Positions 6,223 through 17,514 of a DNA stretch of 54,015 bases are shown in pieces. Made by a program: the position numbers and the translations under genes. Numbering within the stretch: the stretch's first letter is position 1; the number at the start of each line of letters is the position of its first letter. Below the pieces are notes generated by a model. It was not told where the DNA came from. It was given only the letters and a program-made list of their open reading frames with translations, and made no database searches. The stretch is from Gammaproteobacteria bacterium (GTDB lineage Bacteria > Pseudomonadota > Gammaproteobacteria > SZUA-21), in NCBI GenBank assembly GCA_003233345.1, contig QILK01000008.1:1-54015 (forward strand), written 5' to 3'.

Positions 6223-8727
6223 TCAGCTGCGTAACTTATTGATCGGCGCGCCTGTGATAGATTGTCTTATTCCTATTATGCCCGCAGCACCAACCCCGAG
6301 ACCGCCAAGCACAGCACCGCTGAGCCATAAGCCAAGATTTGGTGTAAAAGTGATGTTCAGTACATGGGTGCTGACGACATAGGCTGCGACAGTCGCACCC
6401 AATGCCGCTAGTAGGCCAGCCAAAAGCCCGATTATAAAATATTCGAAAAATCCGGAAGCCAGCAAAAATAATTTTTTTGCACCTAGTGCGCGTAGCAAAC
6501 TGTTTTCACGTCCGCGTTCTATACTGGTAGACTGGATTGTCGCAAACAATACAATAAGACCTGAAAATAGCGTAAAAACAAATACATATTCAATAGTGGC
6601 TGCTACCTTTTTAATAATACTATTTATTTGCTCGACCGCAGATCTAATATTAATGATTGTCAGGTTCGGAAAATGCCTGACAATCTTCGTGACTAAGCTA
6701 TTATCGTCACTGGGAATATGAAAACTACTTATCCACGTTTGCGGATAGCGCTGCAACATATCAGGCGGCGCGACGACAAAAAAATTCGGTCGCATTGTGT
6801 CCCAAGCGACTTTGCGTATGCTAGTGACGTTTCCGGACACCGATTGTCCAGCGACAGTATAGGTTAGGGAATCCCCCAGGCGAATGCCCAGAGTTTTTGC
6901 CAGGCCAGATTCAACCGAAAACTGATGGACAGGATTAACAGTAGCATGCCAAAATTTACCTTTAATGATGGTATTTCTATGTTGTAGCTTGCTCGCCGAT
7001 GATAAGTTAAATTCACGAGCAATTAAGCGTTTGGCGCGGTCAGAGGTATAGCTATTAGCGCTGACTGAGCGCTGGTTAATCTTAACCAGGCGAGCACGGG
7101 TCATAGAATAGAATTTAGGTTTAGCGAGGTTGAGGGTCTGGAAGTGCTTTCTGATAAGATCCAGCTGGTTACTTTGTATGTTTATTGCAAATTGGTTAGG
7201 CGCATTTTTGGGGATACGCGATTGCCATTGCTCGATCAGGTCACCACGAACGATTGAAACTAACATGAGTGCCATGATGGCTATTCCAAAACCCGAAATT
7301 TGTATCGCTGTATTCAGCGGGTGCCTGCCAATGGACTTGATACCATGTTTCCATGCGCCGGTACTCATATAGCCGGTAATGTTAGCAAGGGTGACCAGTA
7401 ACCAGGAAGCCAATAACAGAATAAACGCAGCCACACTAACAACAAGCAATAGTCTCCAGGCTAATTGAAAGTCGCCAGCGATAGAAAAAAGCATAATCGT
7501 AATCAAGCTTAAGCCAGTGGCATAAGCAAGATAAATATTTGTGGATATTGGTTCCAGGTTACGTCTTATCACTCTTAGGGGGGAGACGGTCTGTAAACGC
7601 ATTATCGGCGGTAAAGCAAATGCAAACAGTATTAATACACCTGTTAACATTCCCGATATTAACGGTACGATTCCCGGTTGCGGGAGCGATTGGGGGAACC
7701 AGTCCCGAAGGATAAATTCCAGTAAATATTGTGCCAGGTAGCCAAGTAAACAGCCAAATACCCCTGCTATAATGCCTAAAAAAAGCAACTGACGAAGGTA
7801 TAAAGATAAAATAGCATTTTTTTGGGCACCGAGACATCGTAATAGTGCACAATAGTCGAATTGCTTTCTGGCATATCGTTTTGCGGCGATGGCAATCGCA
7901 ACACCCGCCAATAAAACGCTAATAAGCGCTGACAACCCAAGGTAGCGTTTACTCTGTTCCAACGCAGATTTGAATGCAGGGCGAGAGCTTTCCAGACTTA
8001 GCAATTTTTGGTTGGAGGTCTTGTTCGCTAAAAACCAATCTCGAAAAGCGTTAAGTTGGGAATATTTTCCTGCCAATAATAGTTTGTATTTAATGCGACT
8101 GCCTGGTGCAATCAATTTTGTTGCGGCTATATCCTCAAAGGCGATTAGTACTCGTGGGGCGATATTAAAAAACTCGCCGGCTTGATCCGGTTCGAAGACA
8201 ATAATTTTTTCGACTTCAAAAGTTTTGTAGCCAATTTTTATCGACTCGCCAATTTTTAGTCTTAAATCGCCTAATAATTCAGGTGCAATCCAGGCTTTTC
8301 CACGGCCAGGTCTTTTCTTAGTTGCCACGGATAGTGCCGTTGCTTTATTTCTAATTTTTAATGAGCCCCTTAGAGGATAGAGTGATTCTACGGCTTTAAT
8401 GGATACCAGCCGAGATTTATTATTGGCGATAATTACACTCGGAAAAGTTAAAATACGTGTCGATTTAAGTCCGAGGTTTTCAGCTTTTCTACGGCTGGCG
8501 CTGGAGATACTCTCGCTGGATTGAACCGCCATGTCGGCTGCGAGTAAATCAGCGGCGTGGTACGCCATATTTTTACTAACCCGTTCGACAAAAAAGCCTA
8601 TACCGGTAACGCTGCTAACAGAAATAACAATCGCAAAAAACAGTATGCGAATTTCACCGCCGCGCCAATCCCGTAGCAGGTTTCGAATGGGTCGAATCAG
8701 GGGTTTATTCACAAAGCTGGCCTTCAT
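6223..8727 (-). CDS. ybbP: ABC transporter permease, YbbP family (two FtsX domains)
   Basis: RDWRGGE N-terminus, LLAAD, REFNLS, VAWDTMRPNFF; 834 aa; follows the YbbA ATPase. Confidence 0.9.
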   Translation of the reverse strand: MKASFVNKPLIRPIRNLLRDWRGGEIRILFFAIVISVSSVTGIGFFVERVSKNMAYHAADLLAADMAVQSSESISSASRRKAENLGLKSTRILTFPSVIIANNKSRLVSIKAVESLYPLRGSLKIRNKATALSVATKKRPGRGKAWIAPELLGDLRLKIGESIKIGYKTFEVEKIIVFEPDQAGEFFNIAPRVLIAFEDIAATKLIAPGSRIKYKLLLAGKYSQLNAFRDWFLANKTSNQKLLSLESSRPAFKSALEQSKRYLGLSALISVLLAGVAIAIAAKRYARKQFDYCALLRCLGAQKNAILSLYLRQLLFLGIIAGVFGCLLGYLAQYLLEFILRDWFPQSLPQPGIVPLISGMLTGVLILFAFALPPIMRLQTVSPLRVIRRNLEPISTNIYLAYATGLSLITIMLFSIAGDFQLAWRLLLVVSVAAFILLLASWLLVTLANITGYMSTGAWKHGIKSIGRHPLNTAIQISGFGIAIMALMLVSIVRGDLIEQWQSRIPKNAPNQFAINIQSNQLDLIRKHFQTLNLAKPKFYSMTRARLVKINQRSVSANSYTSDRAKRLIAREFNLSSASKLQHRNTIIKGKFWHATVNPVHQFSVESGLAKTLGIRLGDSLTYTVAGQSVSGNVTSIRKVAWDTMRPNFFVVAPPDMLQRYPQTWISSFHIPSDDNSLVTKIVRHFPNLTIINIRSAVEQINSIIKKVAATIEYVFVFTLFSGLIVLFATIQSTSIERGRENSLLRALGAKKLFLLASGFFEYFIIGLLAGLLAALGATVAAYVVSTHVLNITFTPNLGLWLSGAVLGGLGVGAAGIIGIRQSITGAPINKLRS

Positions 8728-9388
8728 TGAGCTTAAAACTGCTATCGCAGTGTGAGCTTAGCTCGGTGTCGTGTGTCACCATTACCAGCGTGGTATTGTG
8801 TCTTTTATTTAAATCAAATAGTAGGTCGATAATATGTTTTCCAGTCACTTGATCTAGATTGCCGGTAGGCTCGTCAGCGAATAATATTTTTGGTTGTACG
8901 GCATAGGCACGAGCAATAGCAACGCGCTGTTGCTCACCGCCTGATAATTGACTAGGCATATGCTTGGTTCGTGATTTCAACCCAACATTGATCAGCGCCT
9001 GGCGGGCTTTATTACCAGCATCCTTTTCTCTGGCCAGCTCCAGGGGCAACATGACATTTTCAAGCGCAGTGAGGTGTGGTAATAACTGGAACGACTGGAA
9101 TACAAAGCCGACATTTCCCGCACGCAAGCTAGCGCGTTCGTCTTCATCTAGGCTTTCAAGTTTTTCCGATAAAAGATAGACTTCACCAGAGGTGCTGGTA
9201 TCAAGGCCTGCCATTATGCCCAGCAGTGTAGATTTTCCCGACCCGGAAGCGCCAACAATTGCGACTGACTTACCTTTAGATATAGTGATATTGATATCTT
9301 TAAGTATAATAAGCTCACCCTCAGGGCTGATGACTTGCTTGCCAAGATTGATTGTGTGCACAATAGCATTAGAGGATGCATTACCCAT
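8705..9388 (-). CDS. ybbA: ABC transporter ATP-binding protein YbbA
   Basis: GASGSGKST, LSGGEQQRVAIARA, ADEPTGNLD; divergent from tesA as in other gammaproteobacteria. Confidence 0.92.
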   Translation of the reverse strand: MGNASSNAIVHTINLGKQVISPEGELIILKDINITISKGKSVAIVGASGSGKSTLLGIMAGLDTSTSGEVYLLSEKLESLDEDERASLRAGNVGFVFQSFQLLPHLTALENVMLPLELAREKDAGNKARQALINVGLKSRTKHMPSQLSGGEQQRVAIARAYAVQPKILFADEPTGNLDQVTGKHIIDLLFDLNKRHNTTLVMVTHDTELSSHCDSSFKLNEGQLCE

Positions 9389-10010
9389 GTATAAAAATTT
9401 CCTGATAATAGTTTGCTTAATAATGCCAGTTCAAGTGAAGGCTGACAAGCCTGTCATTATGGTATTTGGGGATAGTTTAAGCGCTGGATACGGGATACCA
9501 TTAAAGAAAAGTTGGGTGAGTTTGTTACAAGCCAGACTGGAGAAAAATAAATATCGTTATAAAGTTGTTAATGCAAGTATTAGCGGTGATACCAGCAGCA
9601 GCGGTTTATCGCGATTACCCACAGCGCTTGTGGTCCACAAGCCGGAAATCGTTGTTCTGGAGCTGGGTGGTAATGACGGGCTTAGAGGACTGCCGATCGA
9701 ACAAACAAAGAAAAATCTGAATCGTATGTTAAAAATACTCAAATCGAAAGATATCAAAATATTGCTAGTCGGTATACGCTTACCGCCTAATTATGGGCCT
9801 GTCTATACGCAAACATTCCAGATGATTTACCAAGATCTCGCGCGTATTCACAAAGTTCATTTGTTGGGTTTTTTATTAGAGGGGGTGGCGGGATACAAAA
9901 ACTATATGCAAGATGATGGTATCCACGCAAATAGCGAAGGGCAGCCTAAAATCAACAATAATATTTGGAAAAAACTAGCGCCACTACTAAATCCGGTTAC
10001 GAAAAAATAG
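9387..10010 (+). CDS. tesA: Arylesterase/thioesterase I (SGNH family)
   Basis: Signal peptide from the ATG at 9387; GDSLS, NASISGDT, ELGGNDGLRG, DGIH. Confidence 0.92.
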   Translation: MYKNFLIIVCLIMPVQVKADKPVIMVFGDSLSAGYGIPLKKSWVSLLQARLEKNKYRYKVVNASISGDTSSSGLSRLPTALVVHKPEIVVLELGGNDGLRGLPIEQTKKNLNRMLKILKSKDIKILLVGIRLPPNYGPVYTQTFQMIYQDLARIHKVHLLGFLLEGVAGYKNYMQDDGIHANSEGQPKINNNIWKKLAPLLNPVTKK

Positions 10011-11613
10011 AATTATTACCGTCTGGATTGTCATTGCCGACCTTGTGGAAATTAATAATATTATCATCGAATAACGACGCAACATCAGAAGATTTTGCGC
10101 GGTCGGCTGCGGTTTTCCCTTCCGGGTCTTTTAGGGTTACATTAGCGCCGGCCTTAATTAGATGCGCGGTTGTTATATAGTGGCCGTTGGTACTACTGTA
10201 GATTAGTGCTGTTAATTGATGTTCATCACGGGCATCAATGTCAGCACCTGCTTCAATCAGGGTTTGTACCATTTCTACATTGCCCGACATGGCCGAATAG
10301 ATAAGCGTTGTTTTACCATCGGAATAGGTTCTTAGTAAATCGATCTTATGGCGTGCTAATGTCTTAGCTATTTTTTTAGTTCCCGATACAGCACAATGCA
10401 AGGCGATATCAAATCCCAGTTTATCTTTATGCTCGAGGTTAGTCGAAGCACCTAGCAAAGCACTAATGCATTTTTCACTACGATGTTTAATTGCATTTAA
10501 TAAAGCGGTACGACCATAGCCGTCTTTTAGGTTTGGATCTGCATTGAGGCTAATAAGATACAACAGGTAGTAAGGGTTGTTTTTTTGCGCTGCCAGCATT
10601 AGCGGTGTTTGATTAGCATGATTATAGCCGTTAATATTTGCACCATAGTCTACCAGGAACTTCAAGGTTTCCAGATCGGATTTTTCTTCGATAGCGTAGC
10701 AGAGTATCCAGTCACCAAAATTTGATGGCGTAATATTTTCGGTATTGGCTTGTATCAGCTCCAGGTTTGTTAACGCTTGCATTAATGGCAGACTTTTATT
10801 GCGTATCACCGTTTTTATCATAGAAGTGAACCCTTCTTTATCACGAAAAATATTGGGTTCTAACTGAGTTAGGGCCATCGCCAGTGTTTCCTTGTCTTGA
10901 GCGATCCATTTAGATAATAGTGTAAAGCCGTTACCGTCCGGTTCATTGATATCTAACTTAGCATTGTGTAAAGCATGGAGCACTTCAATGGAGGTGCAAA
11001 AATGTATTAACGGTATGCCTTTGTCGAAAAGTTTTTCACGGTTTAATGGAAACTTAAGAATAGTTTCAATGCTGTCAATTTTATTTAACTTCACGGCTAG
11101 ATATAGCGTATCACTGATTTTATCCAAGTCGTCCAAATTTCTAAAATAGTTTAAAAATATTTCCAGTATGGGTAATTGGTGATACTGAATAGCCTTTTCT
11201 ACCGGCGTCGTATAACCATTTTGCTCGATTGCATGTAACGTGAGCCCTTTAAGCAAAAGACACTCACATACTTTGATTTTTCCTTCGATGACAGCGGTAT
11301 CCAGTAGCGTTGCGCCATAGGAATCCCGGAACTTTATATTAACACCCTGATCAATAAAGTAGCCAATTATATCTGTGTCACCGTCTGTTACCCGGTAGGC
11401 TGTGTGTAGAAACCAGCCGAGTGCGTAACTTGAATTGCTTACTCGTGATTCGCGAAGAATCAGTCGCTTGATCATTTTATAGTCTTGATCGTGAATAGCT
11501 TGGATCAGTTTCTGTTCAGTAGATTTTTGATTGTTGCGATAGTCCGCCAGATGAAAGACATTTTTCAAACCTATTCTTGCAGCTGTCATTAAAGATTGGA
11601 CTTTAGACTTCAT
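9997..11613 (-). CDS. Ankyrin repeat protein
   Basis: Many repeats such as TPLMLAA, GRTALLNA, GKTTLIYSA..GNVEMVQTLIEAGADIDARD. Confidence 0.9.
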   Translation of the reverse strand: MKSKVQSLMTAARIGLKNVFHLADYRNNQKSTEQKLIQAIHDQDYKMIKRLILRESRVSNSSYALGWFLHTAYRVTDGDTDIIGYFIDQGVNIKFRDSYGATLLDTAVIEGKIKVCECLLLKGLTLHAIEQNGYTTPVEKAIQYHQLPILEIFLNYFRNLDDLDKISDTLYLAVKLNKIDSIETILKFPLNREKLFDKGIPLIHFCTSIEVLHALHNAKLDINEPDGNGFTLLSKWIAQDKETLAMALTQLEPNIFRDKEGFTSMIKTVIRNKSLPLMQALTNLELIQANTENITPSNFGDWILCYAIEEKSDLETLKFLVDYGANINGYNHANQTPLMLAAQKNNPYYLLYLISLNADPNLKDGYGRTALLNAIKHRSEKCISALLGASTNLEHKDKLGFDIALHCAVSGTKKIAKTLARHKIDLLRTYSDGKTTLIYSAMSGNVEMVQTLIEAGADIDARDEHQLTALIYSSTNGHYITTAHLIKAGANVTLKDPEGKTAADRAKSSDVASLFDDNIINFHKVGNDNPDGNNSIFS

Positions 11614-11817
11614 ATACGCAGTCTTCCGATTTGCTATTTGTTTGAATCAGGGGATTTCCTGAAAATCAGCAGAAAAATGATTTAAAACTGCTGCTTACGA
11701 AATATCGTAGCATAATTAATCATCAATGGAAAACGATGCGACCAGAAAATGATAAGGTATTACCCATTTGCCGGTAGTTGCCGAAAAAATAATCAGAGGC
11801 CGGCGACTGCTAAAACG

Positions 11818-12420
11818 TTATTGAATTAGCGATTCAACCTCAGCCAACGCAGCACGCTGCATTGGTTTGCTATCTATCGGGCTTAAAGGGCTTTGGCGAA
11901 TATCGTCCTGTGAAAATAATATCAGTTCAACGGGTGTTGCATCAGCTATAAATTTCACCATAGGTTGTTGTGTATATTCGTTTTGGCTTAAGCGGATTCT
12001 GCGTTGTTTTTCCTCAAAAGGCACGCCCGTATCATTTAGGTACAAGCCAACCTGCTCAGTGATATCGCAAAATAAATGCAGCACGACACTGTCATGCTTG
12101 CTAGCAGTACCGGACAAAACATTGCCAACTAATCTTGGGTTAAATTGCTGTAGATACTGCATTGCTCTGATAGCGATTTTACGCAGCTGAACTAACTTTT
12201 TAGGCTGGTCTGCTGAGTCAAAGAGATTAATATGCGCTAATAGCGCAGCTTCGAGTTCCTGGTTTGTAGGCAGGCACTTGGCATCGGAAACCCCCAGTGC
12301 ATTGGCTGCTTTTTGTTTCGCGAGCTGGTAATCACGAATACCTGATTCATAAATTAGTTTCGCGGCATAATCGGCTATTTGCTGTCTTAGCTGTTTTGAT
12401 CGTATTGACTGTTTGGGCAT
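11818..12420 (-). CDS. Conserved hypothetical protein, nucleotidyltransferase-like fold
   Basis: IA..AA.LI...GI.DY..AK.KAA, LP.N.E, FNPRLVG.VL.GTA, LHLFCD. Confidence 0.7.
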   Translation of the reverse strand: MPKQSIRSKQLRQQIADYAAKLIYESGIRDYQLAKQKAANALGVSDAKCLPTNQELEAALLAHINLFDSADQPKKLVQLRKIAIRAMQYLQQFNPRLVGNVLSGTASKHDSVVLHLFCDITEQVGLYLNDTGVPFEEKQRRIRLSQNEYTQQPMVKFIADATPVELILFSQDDIRQSPLSPIDSKPMQRAALAEVESLIQ

Positions 12421-12443
12421 TAATTTATGTGTAATCAGGCCTA

Positions 12444-15083
12444 CTAAAAATCATCTTCCAGATCTTCGTAAGGATTATCTTCTTCTTGTGACGGACGAAA
12501 ACCTCTTTTTTTGTTTTCAGGTTTGGTATGCCTGTCAATGGGATCTTCTTTTAGTGTCCGGGCAACAATATCTTTGTCATGGTTATCACTACTGGGTCTT
12601 GAAGGTGTTGTTTGATCTTCAGCGGTTTTTTTAGTGTTAGGCTTTTTGCTGGTATTGGTCTCTAAATCATGGTTATCGTCTTCATACGGATTATCCTGCC
12701 CGGTATCATCTGAATCAACCTGACTTATTTTAGTCGGCTGATATTGGGTGCGGAATGATTCCATGATGCGTTCTTTGGAATAGGGCGCAGCAAGGTCACC
12801 GGTTTTTTTATCGATACTCAGTATAACCATATCTTTAGGCAGTCGAGGTTCCCATACGGGCTGGTTTTTTAATATCACTTTCATAAATTCGACCCAGATC
12901 GGTAGGGCCGCTGTTCCACCATATTCTTTATACCCAAGTGTTTTAACCTGGTCAAACCCGACCCAGACTGTGACCACCATATTTTTACTATACCCGGAAA
13001 ACCAGGCGTCTTTTTGCTTATTTGTGGTACCGGTTTTACCAGCAATATCAGGTCTTCCCAGTACTTTGGCTCCCCTGCCAGTGCCTTTTTTAATGACATC
13101 CTTGAGCATCGAGGTCATTTGATAGGCGATTTGCTCACTGATGATTCGTTTTGCCGGGATTGCGTCCTTTAGTTGTTTATTTCCTGTTGCCGGATCACAT
13201 TTTGGGCAGGCAGTTAACGGTTTTTCCTGAAAACGAACAACACTAGCAATGCCTTCCTTATTTCGCGTTTTTTGCACAATTTTGGTAATAAAATGTGCTT
13301 TCACTTTAAAGCCGCCATTAGCAAACGAGGCGTAACCGGTTGCCAGTTGCAATGGCGAGACGACAGAGGTACCCAGTGCAAAAGATAGGTTTCGCTCCAG
13401 TTGCTTTCGCGGAAACCCAAATTTTTCAGCAAACTTGTGGGCAAAACCCACCGTAACTGTTTGTAAAATTCTGATCGCTACCAGGTTTCGGGATAAATAG
13501 AGTGCTCTACGCATTCTTAATAAGCCCAGTGTGCGCCCATCATCATTGCCAGGTTTCCAATCACTTTCAAGATAGTCTGATTTTAAAACCAGTGGTGCAT
13601 CGTTAAAAAGGCTGGCGGGTGTATAGCCTTTTTCCAGTGCAGAGGCATAGATAAAGGGTTTAAAACTTGAGCCTGGTTGTCGATAGGCCTGGGTGACGCG
13701 ATTAAATTTACTTAAAAAATAATCAAATCCACCAACTAACGCTGTGATGGCACCATTTTTCGGGTTAACGGCAACAGCGGCAGCAGAAACATTAGGAATC
13801 TGCGCTAACCAGCGCTGGTTATTTTCCATAGTTTCAACATAAATGACATCACCGCGTTGTAAGACTTCTTTGGCTGATTTTATTCTTGGACCCAACCGCA
13901 GCTCACCTTCGTATTTTCTAGCCCAAACAATCCCTTTCCAGGGGATAACGATATCGATTCCGTCTTTCAGCGATGCATTGACCGTTTTGCCTTGTACGGA
14001 AGTGACTACCCCAGATTCCAGTCCGCCAATATCCTGGTAGTCTACCAGGCGATTTTCGATATATTTTAGACTGGGATTAACCGGCATTGCTTTTCTGAGC
14101 ACCGGTCCACGATAACCGTGACGCCGGTCATATTGCATAATGCCTTTACGTAATGCTCTTGTCAGTGCTTTCTGGTGTTTTGATATGATGGTGGTGTAAA
14201 TGTTATAGCCATCACTATAGGTGCGACGTTTATACATTTTTTTTGCTTTCTGACGTACCATTTCAGCAATATAGTGGCCCTCGACATTAACCAGCAACGA
14301 ATGTCGATCCGAGCTGATTTCTTCATCCTTGGCTTTTTGGTATTGCTCTTTGGTGACATGCCCAAGATCGAGCATCCGGCCTAACACATAGTTTCGTCTT
14401 AATAGCGCACGCTTGGGGTTAATCACCGGGTTGTACCGGGATGGTGCTTTTGGTAATCCAGCGATCATCGCGATTTGTGCCAGGGACAGCTGTGACAGGT
14501 TGACACCGTAATAGACATTGGAGGCCGCTTGCACACCGTAGGATCGGTTACCTAAATAAATATAGTTAAGGTAACGTTCCATAATCTGTGGTTTGGTCAA
14601 TTCACGTTCGATCTTGAACGCCAGAAATATTTCCAGCAGTTTGCGCTTAAAGGTCTTCTTTTTGGTTAAAAACAGATTACGCGCCAACTGCATGGTGATC
14701 GTACTGCCACCCTGGCCGCGTGTTCCCGTTCTTACCATATTGATAAACGCCCGACTCATGCCCTTATAGTCAACACCGCTATGTTCAAAAAAGCGGTCAT
14801 CTTCAGCAGAGATAAAAGCATTGACTAAGGTTTTTGGAAATTTTGCGTAAGGTAGCGGAATTCGTCTTTTATCACCAAATTCCTGAATCAGTTCGCCTTC
14901 CACGGTATAAACCCGCAAAGGTTCGTCGGATTTTATATTACTTATATTTTTTATGGATGGGATTTCGGATAAAAAATAAATGTAAACACTGCTGCCGATT
15001 ATAAGGGCCAGACTCGTCACCAGCACTGCTACCAGTGAGAAGAAACCGAAAACCCTTAATATTATAGTTACTAATGGATTCAT
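12444..15083 (-). CDS. mrcA: Penicillin-binding protein 1A
   Basis: EDDRFFEH, GGSTITMQLARN, RQPGSSFK (SxxK), SRN, KTGT; divergent from pilM. Confidence 0.96.
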   Translation of the reverse strand: MNPLVTIILRVFGFFSLVAVLVTSLALIIGSSVYIYFLSEIPSIKNISNIKSDEPLRVYTVEGELIQEFGDKRRIPLPYAKFPKTLVNAFISAEDDRFFEHSGVDYKGMSRAFINMVRTGTRGQGGSTITMQLARNLFLTKKKTFKRKLLEIFLAFKIERELTKPQIMERYLNYIYLGNRSYGVQAASNVYYGVNLSQLSLAQIAMIAGLPKAPSRYNPVINPKRALLRRNYVLGRMLDLGHVTKEQYQKAKDEEISSDRHSLLVNVEGHYIAEMVRQKAKKMYKRRTYSDGYNIYTTIISKHQKALTRALRKGIMQYDRRHGYRGPVLRKAMPVNPSLKYIENRLVDYQDIGGLESGVVTSVQGKTVNASLKDGIDIVIPWKGIVWARKYEGELRLGPRIKSAKEVLQRGDVIYVETMENNQRWLAQIPNVSAAAVAVNPKNGAITALVGGFDYFLSKFNRVTQAYRQPGSSFKPFIYASALEKGYTPASLFNDAPLVLKSDYLESDWKPGNDDGRTLGLLRMRRALYLSRNLVAIRILQTVTVGFAHKFAEKFGFPRKQLERNLSFALGTSVVSPLQLATGYASFANGGFKVKAHFITKIVQKTRNKEGIASVVRFQEKPLTACPKCDPATGNKQLKDAIPAKRIISEQIAYQMTSMLKDVIKKGTGRGAKVLGRPDIAGKTGTTNKQKDAWFSGYSKNMVVTVWVGFDQVKTLGYKEYGGTAALPIWVEFMKVILKNQPVWEPRLPKDMVILSIDKKTGDLAAPYSKERIMESFRTQYQPTKISQVDSDDTGQDNPYEDDNHDLETNTSKKPNTKKTAEDQTTPSRPSSDNHDKDIVARTLKEDPIDRHTKPENKKRGFRPSQEEDNPYEDLEDDF

Positions 15084-15194
15084 TGCCTAAAGTACTTTCA
15101 ATAGTTGACCGATAACTGACATTGAACATATTCGATATGTGTCAGCTTATAAAGACTATATCCGTATACGGTGAATTACAAGTATACATTTACA

Positions 15195-15222
15195 TTGACA
15201 GTTGTGAATTCGAGCATATTTT
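15195..15222 (+). promoter_or_regulatory. Possible sigma70 promoter of the pilM operon
   Basis: TTGACA-16 nt-TATTTT. Confidence 0.35.
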
Positions 15223-15238
15223 TGTCGTATTTAGCTGA

Positions 15239-16336
<1,098 letters not shown>

Positions 16337-16337
16337 A

Positions 16338-16925
16338 ATGGCACATATAAACCTGTTACCTTGGCGCGAAAAGAAACGCAAGGCAATGCAATTCGAATTT
16401 CTGGTCATGTTGGGCTTGGCGGTACTGGTCACTGGTATCACGATGGGCTCGGTTCATTTTTATCATGTTGATCGAACGACTTACCAGAAAAAGCGAATTG
16501 CCTATATTGAAAATAGTATACGCCAGCTCGACAAGCAAATTGCGCAAATAAAGCGGATCGAGAAAACCAGAGAAAATCTCAGAAAACGAATTGAAAAAGT
16601 GCGGGATCTTGAGAGGAATCGTGCTGAAATCGTGCACTTGTTTGATGAAATATCCAAACGATTGCCTGCAGGTGTTTACTTGACGGCCGTTAAACAAAAA
16701 GATAAGGGTATTACCCTTCGAGGTGTATCAAATGATAACAATGATATTTCCACGTATATCACTAATCTGGCATCTTCAGACTGGTTGGAAGGGCTCGATC
16801 TGGATGTGGTTAAACACATTGGCAAGGGTGCGCAACGCAAAAAACGTGTGGGTGAATTTGTGGTGACTGCGGTCCAGAAGTCACCGAAAGATGAACATCA
16901 AAAAGTAGAGGTAGGCCGGCGATGA
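16338..16925 (+). CDS. pilN: Type IV pilus assembly protein PilN
   Basis: MAHINLLPWRE motif, TM helix, coiled coil. Confidence 0.95.
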   Translation: MAHINLLPWREKKRKAMQFEFLVMLGLAVLVTGITMGSVHFYHVDRTTYQKKRIAYIENSIRQLDKQIAQIKRIEKTRENLRKRIEKVRDLERNRAEIVHLFDEISKRLPAGVYLTAVKQKDKGITLRGVSNDNNDISTYITNLASSDWLEGLDLDVVKHIGKGAQRKKRVGEFVVTAVQKSPKDEHQKVEVGRR

Positions 16926-17500
16926 ACTTGGATGATATTAGAGAACTAGACCTGAGTAATATTGGTGGTTGGCCAATGGCGGCCAAGGCGGTAGTCATCG
17001 CTTTAGTCTGTGCCATTATTGTCGGCGCTGCATTTTATCTGGATACCATGCCTCAGCTAGAGACGCGGGATAAGTTGGTGACTAAAGAGCATGAGAAAAT
17101 AAAGGTTCTAAAAATACGCGCCGGTCGTGCCGCAGAACTCGTGCATTTAAAGGTGTTGCTCAAGCAAATGAATCGTGACTTTAAAAAAATGCGATTACGA
17201 TTGCCGACAGATACGCAAGTGGCGGTCTTGCTAGAAAATATTTCGCAAAAGGGCCGGGCTGCCGGGCTTGAGTTTAAATTATATGATCCGCTAAAGGATA
17301 TAGTGCAACAGGATTTTGTAGAGATACCGATAAAAATCCAGGTTGTTGGCTATTATCACCAGCTAGGCCGATTTGTGAGCGAAATTTCTGAATTACATCG
17401 AATTGTAACGTTACATGATATTAATATCCGGCCATTAAAAAAAACGGGCTCTTTATTGGAGATGACTGTCTTGGCTAAAACGTACAAATACCAGGACTAG
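16922..17500 (+). CDS. pilO: Type IV pilus assembly protein PilO
   Basis: NIGGWP, GYYHQLGRFVS...RIVTLHD, AKTY; ATGA overlap with pilN. Confidence 0.95.
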   Translation: MNLDDIRELDLSNIGGWPMAAKAVVIALVCAIIVGAAFYLDTMPQLETRDKLVTKEHEKIKVLKIRAGRAAELVHLKVLLKQMNRDFKKMRLRLPTDTQVAVLLENISQKGRAAGLEFKLYDPLKDIVQQDFVEIPIKIQVVGYYHQLGRFVSEISELHRIVTLHDINIRPLKKTGSLLEMTVLAKTYKYQD

Positions 17501-17514
17501 GGGTACAGGTAACC

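Noticed and set aside
9192-9386. 65-aa N-terminal extension of TesA in the ORF track
   Set aside because: Antisense to ybbA; the signal peptide begins at the ATG at 9387
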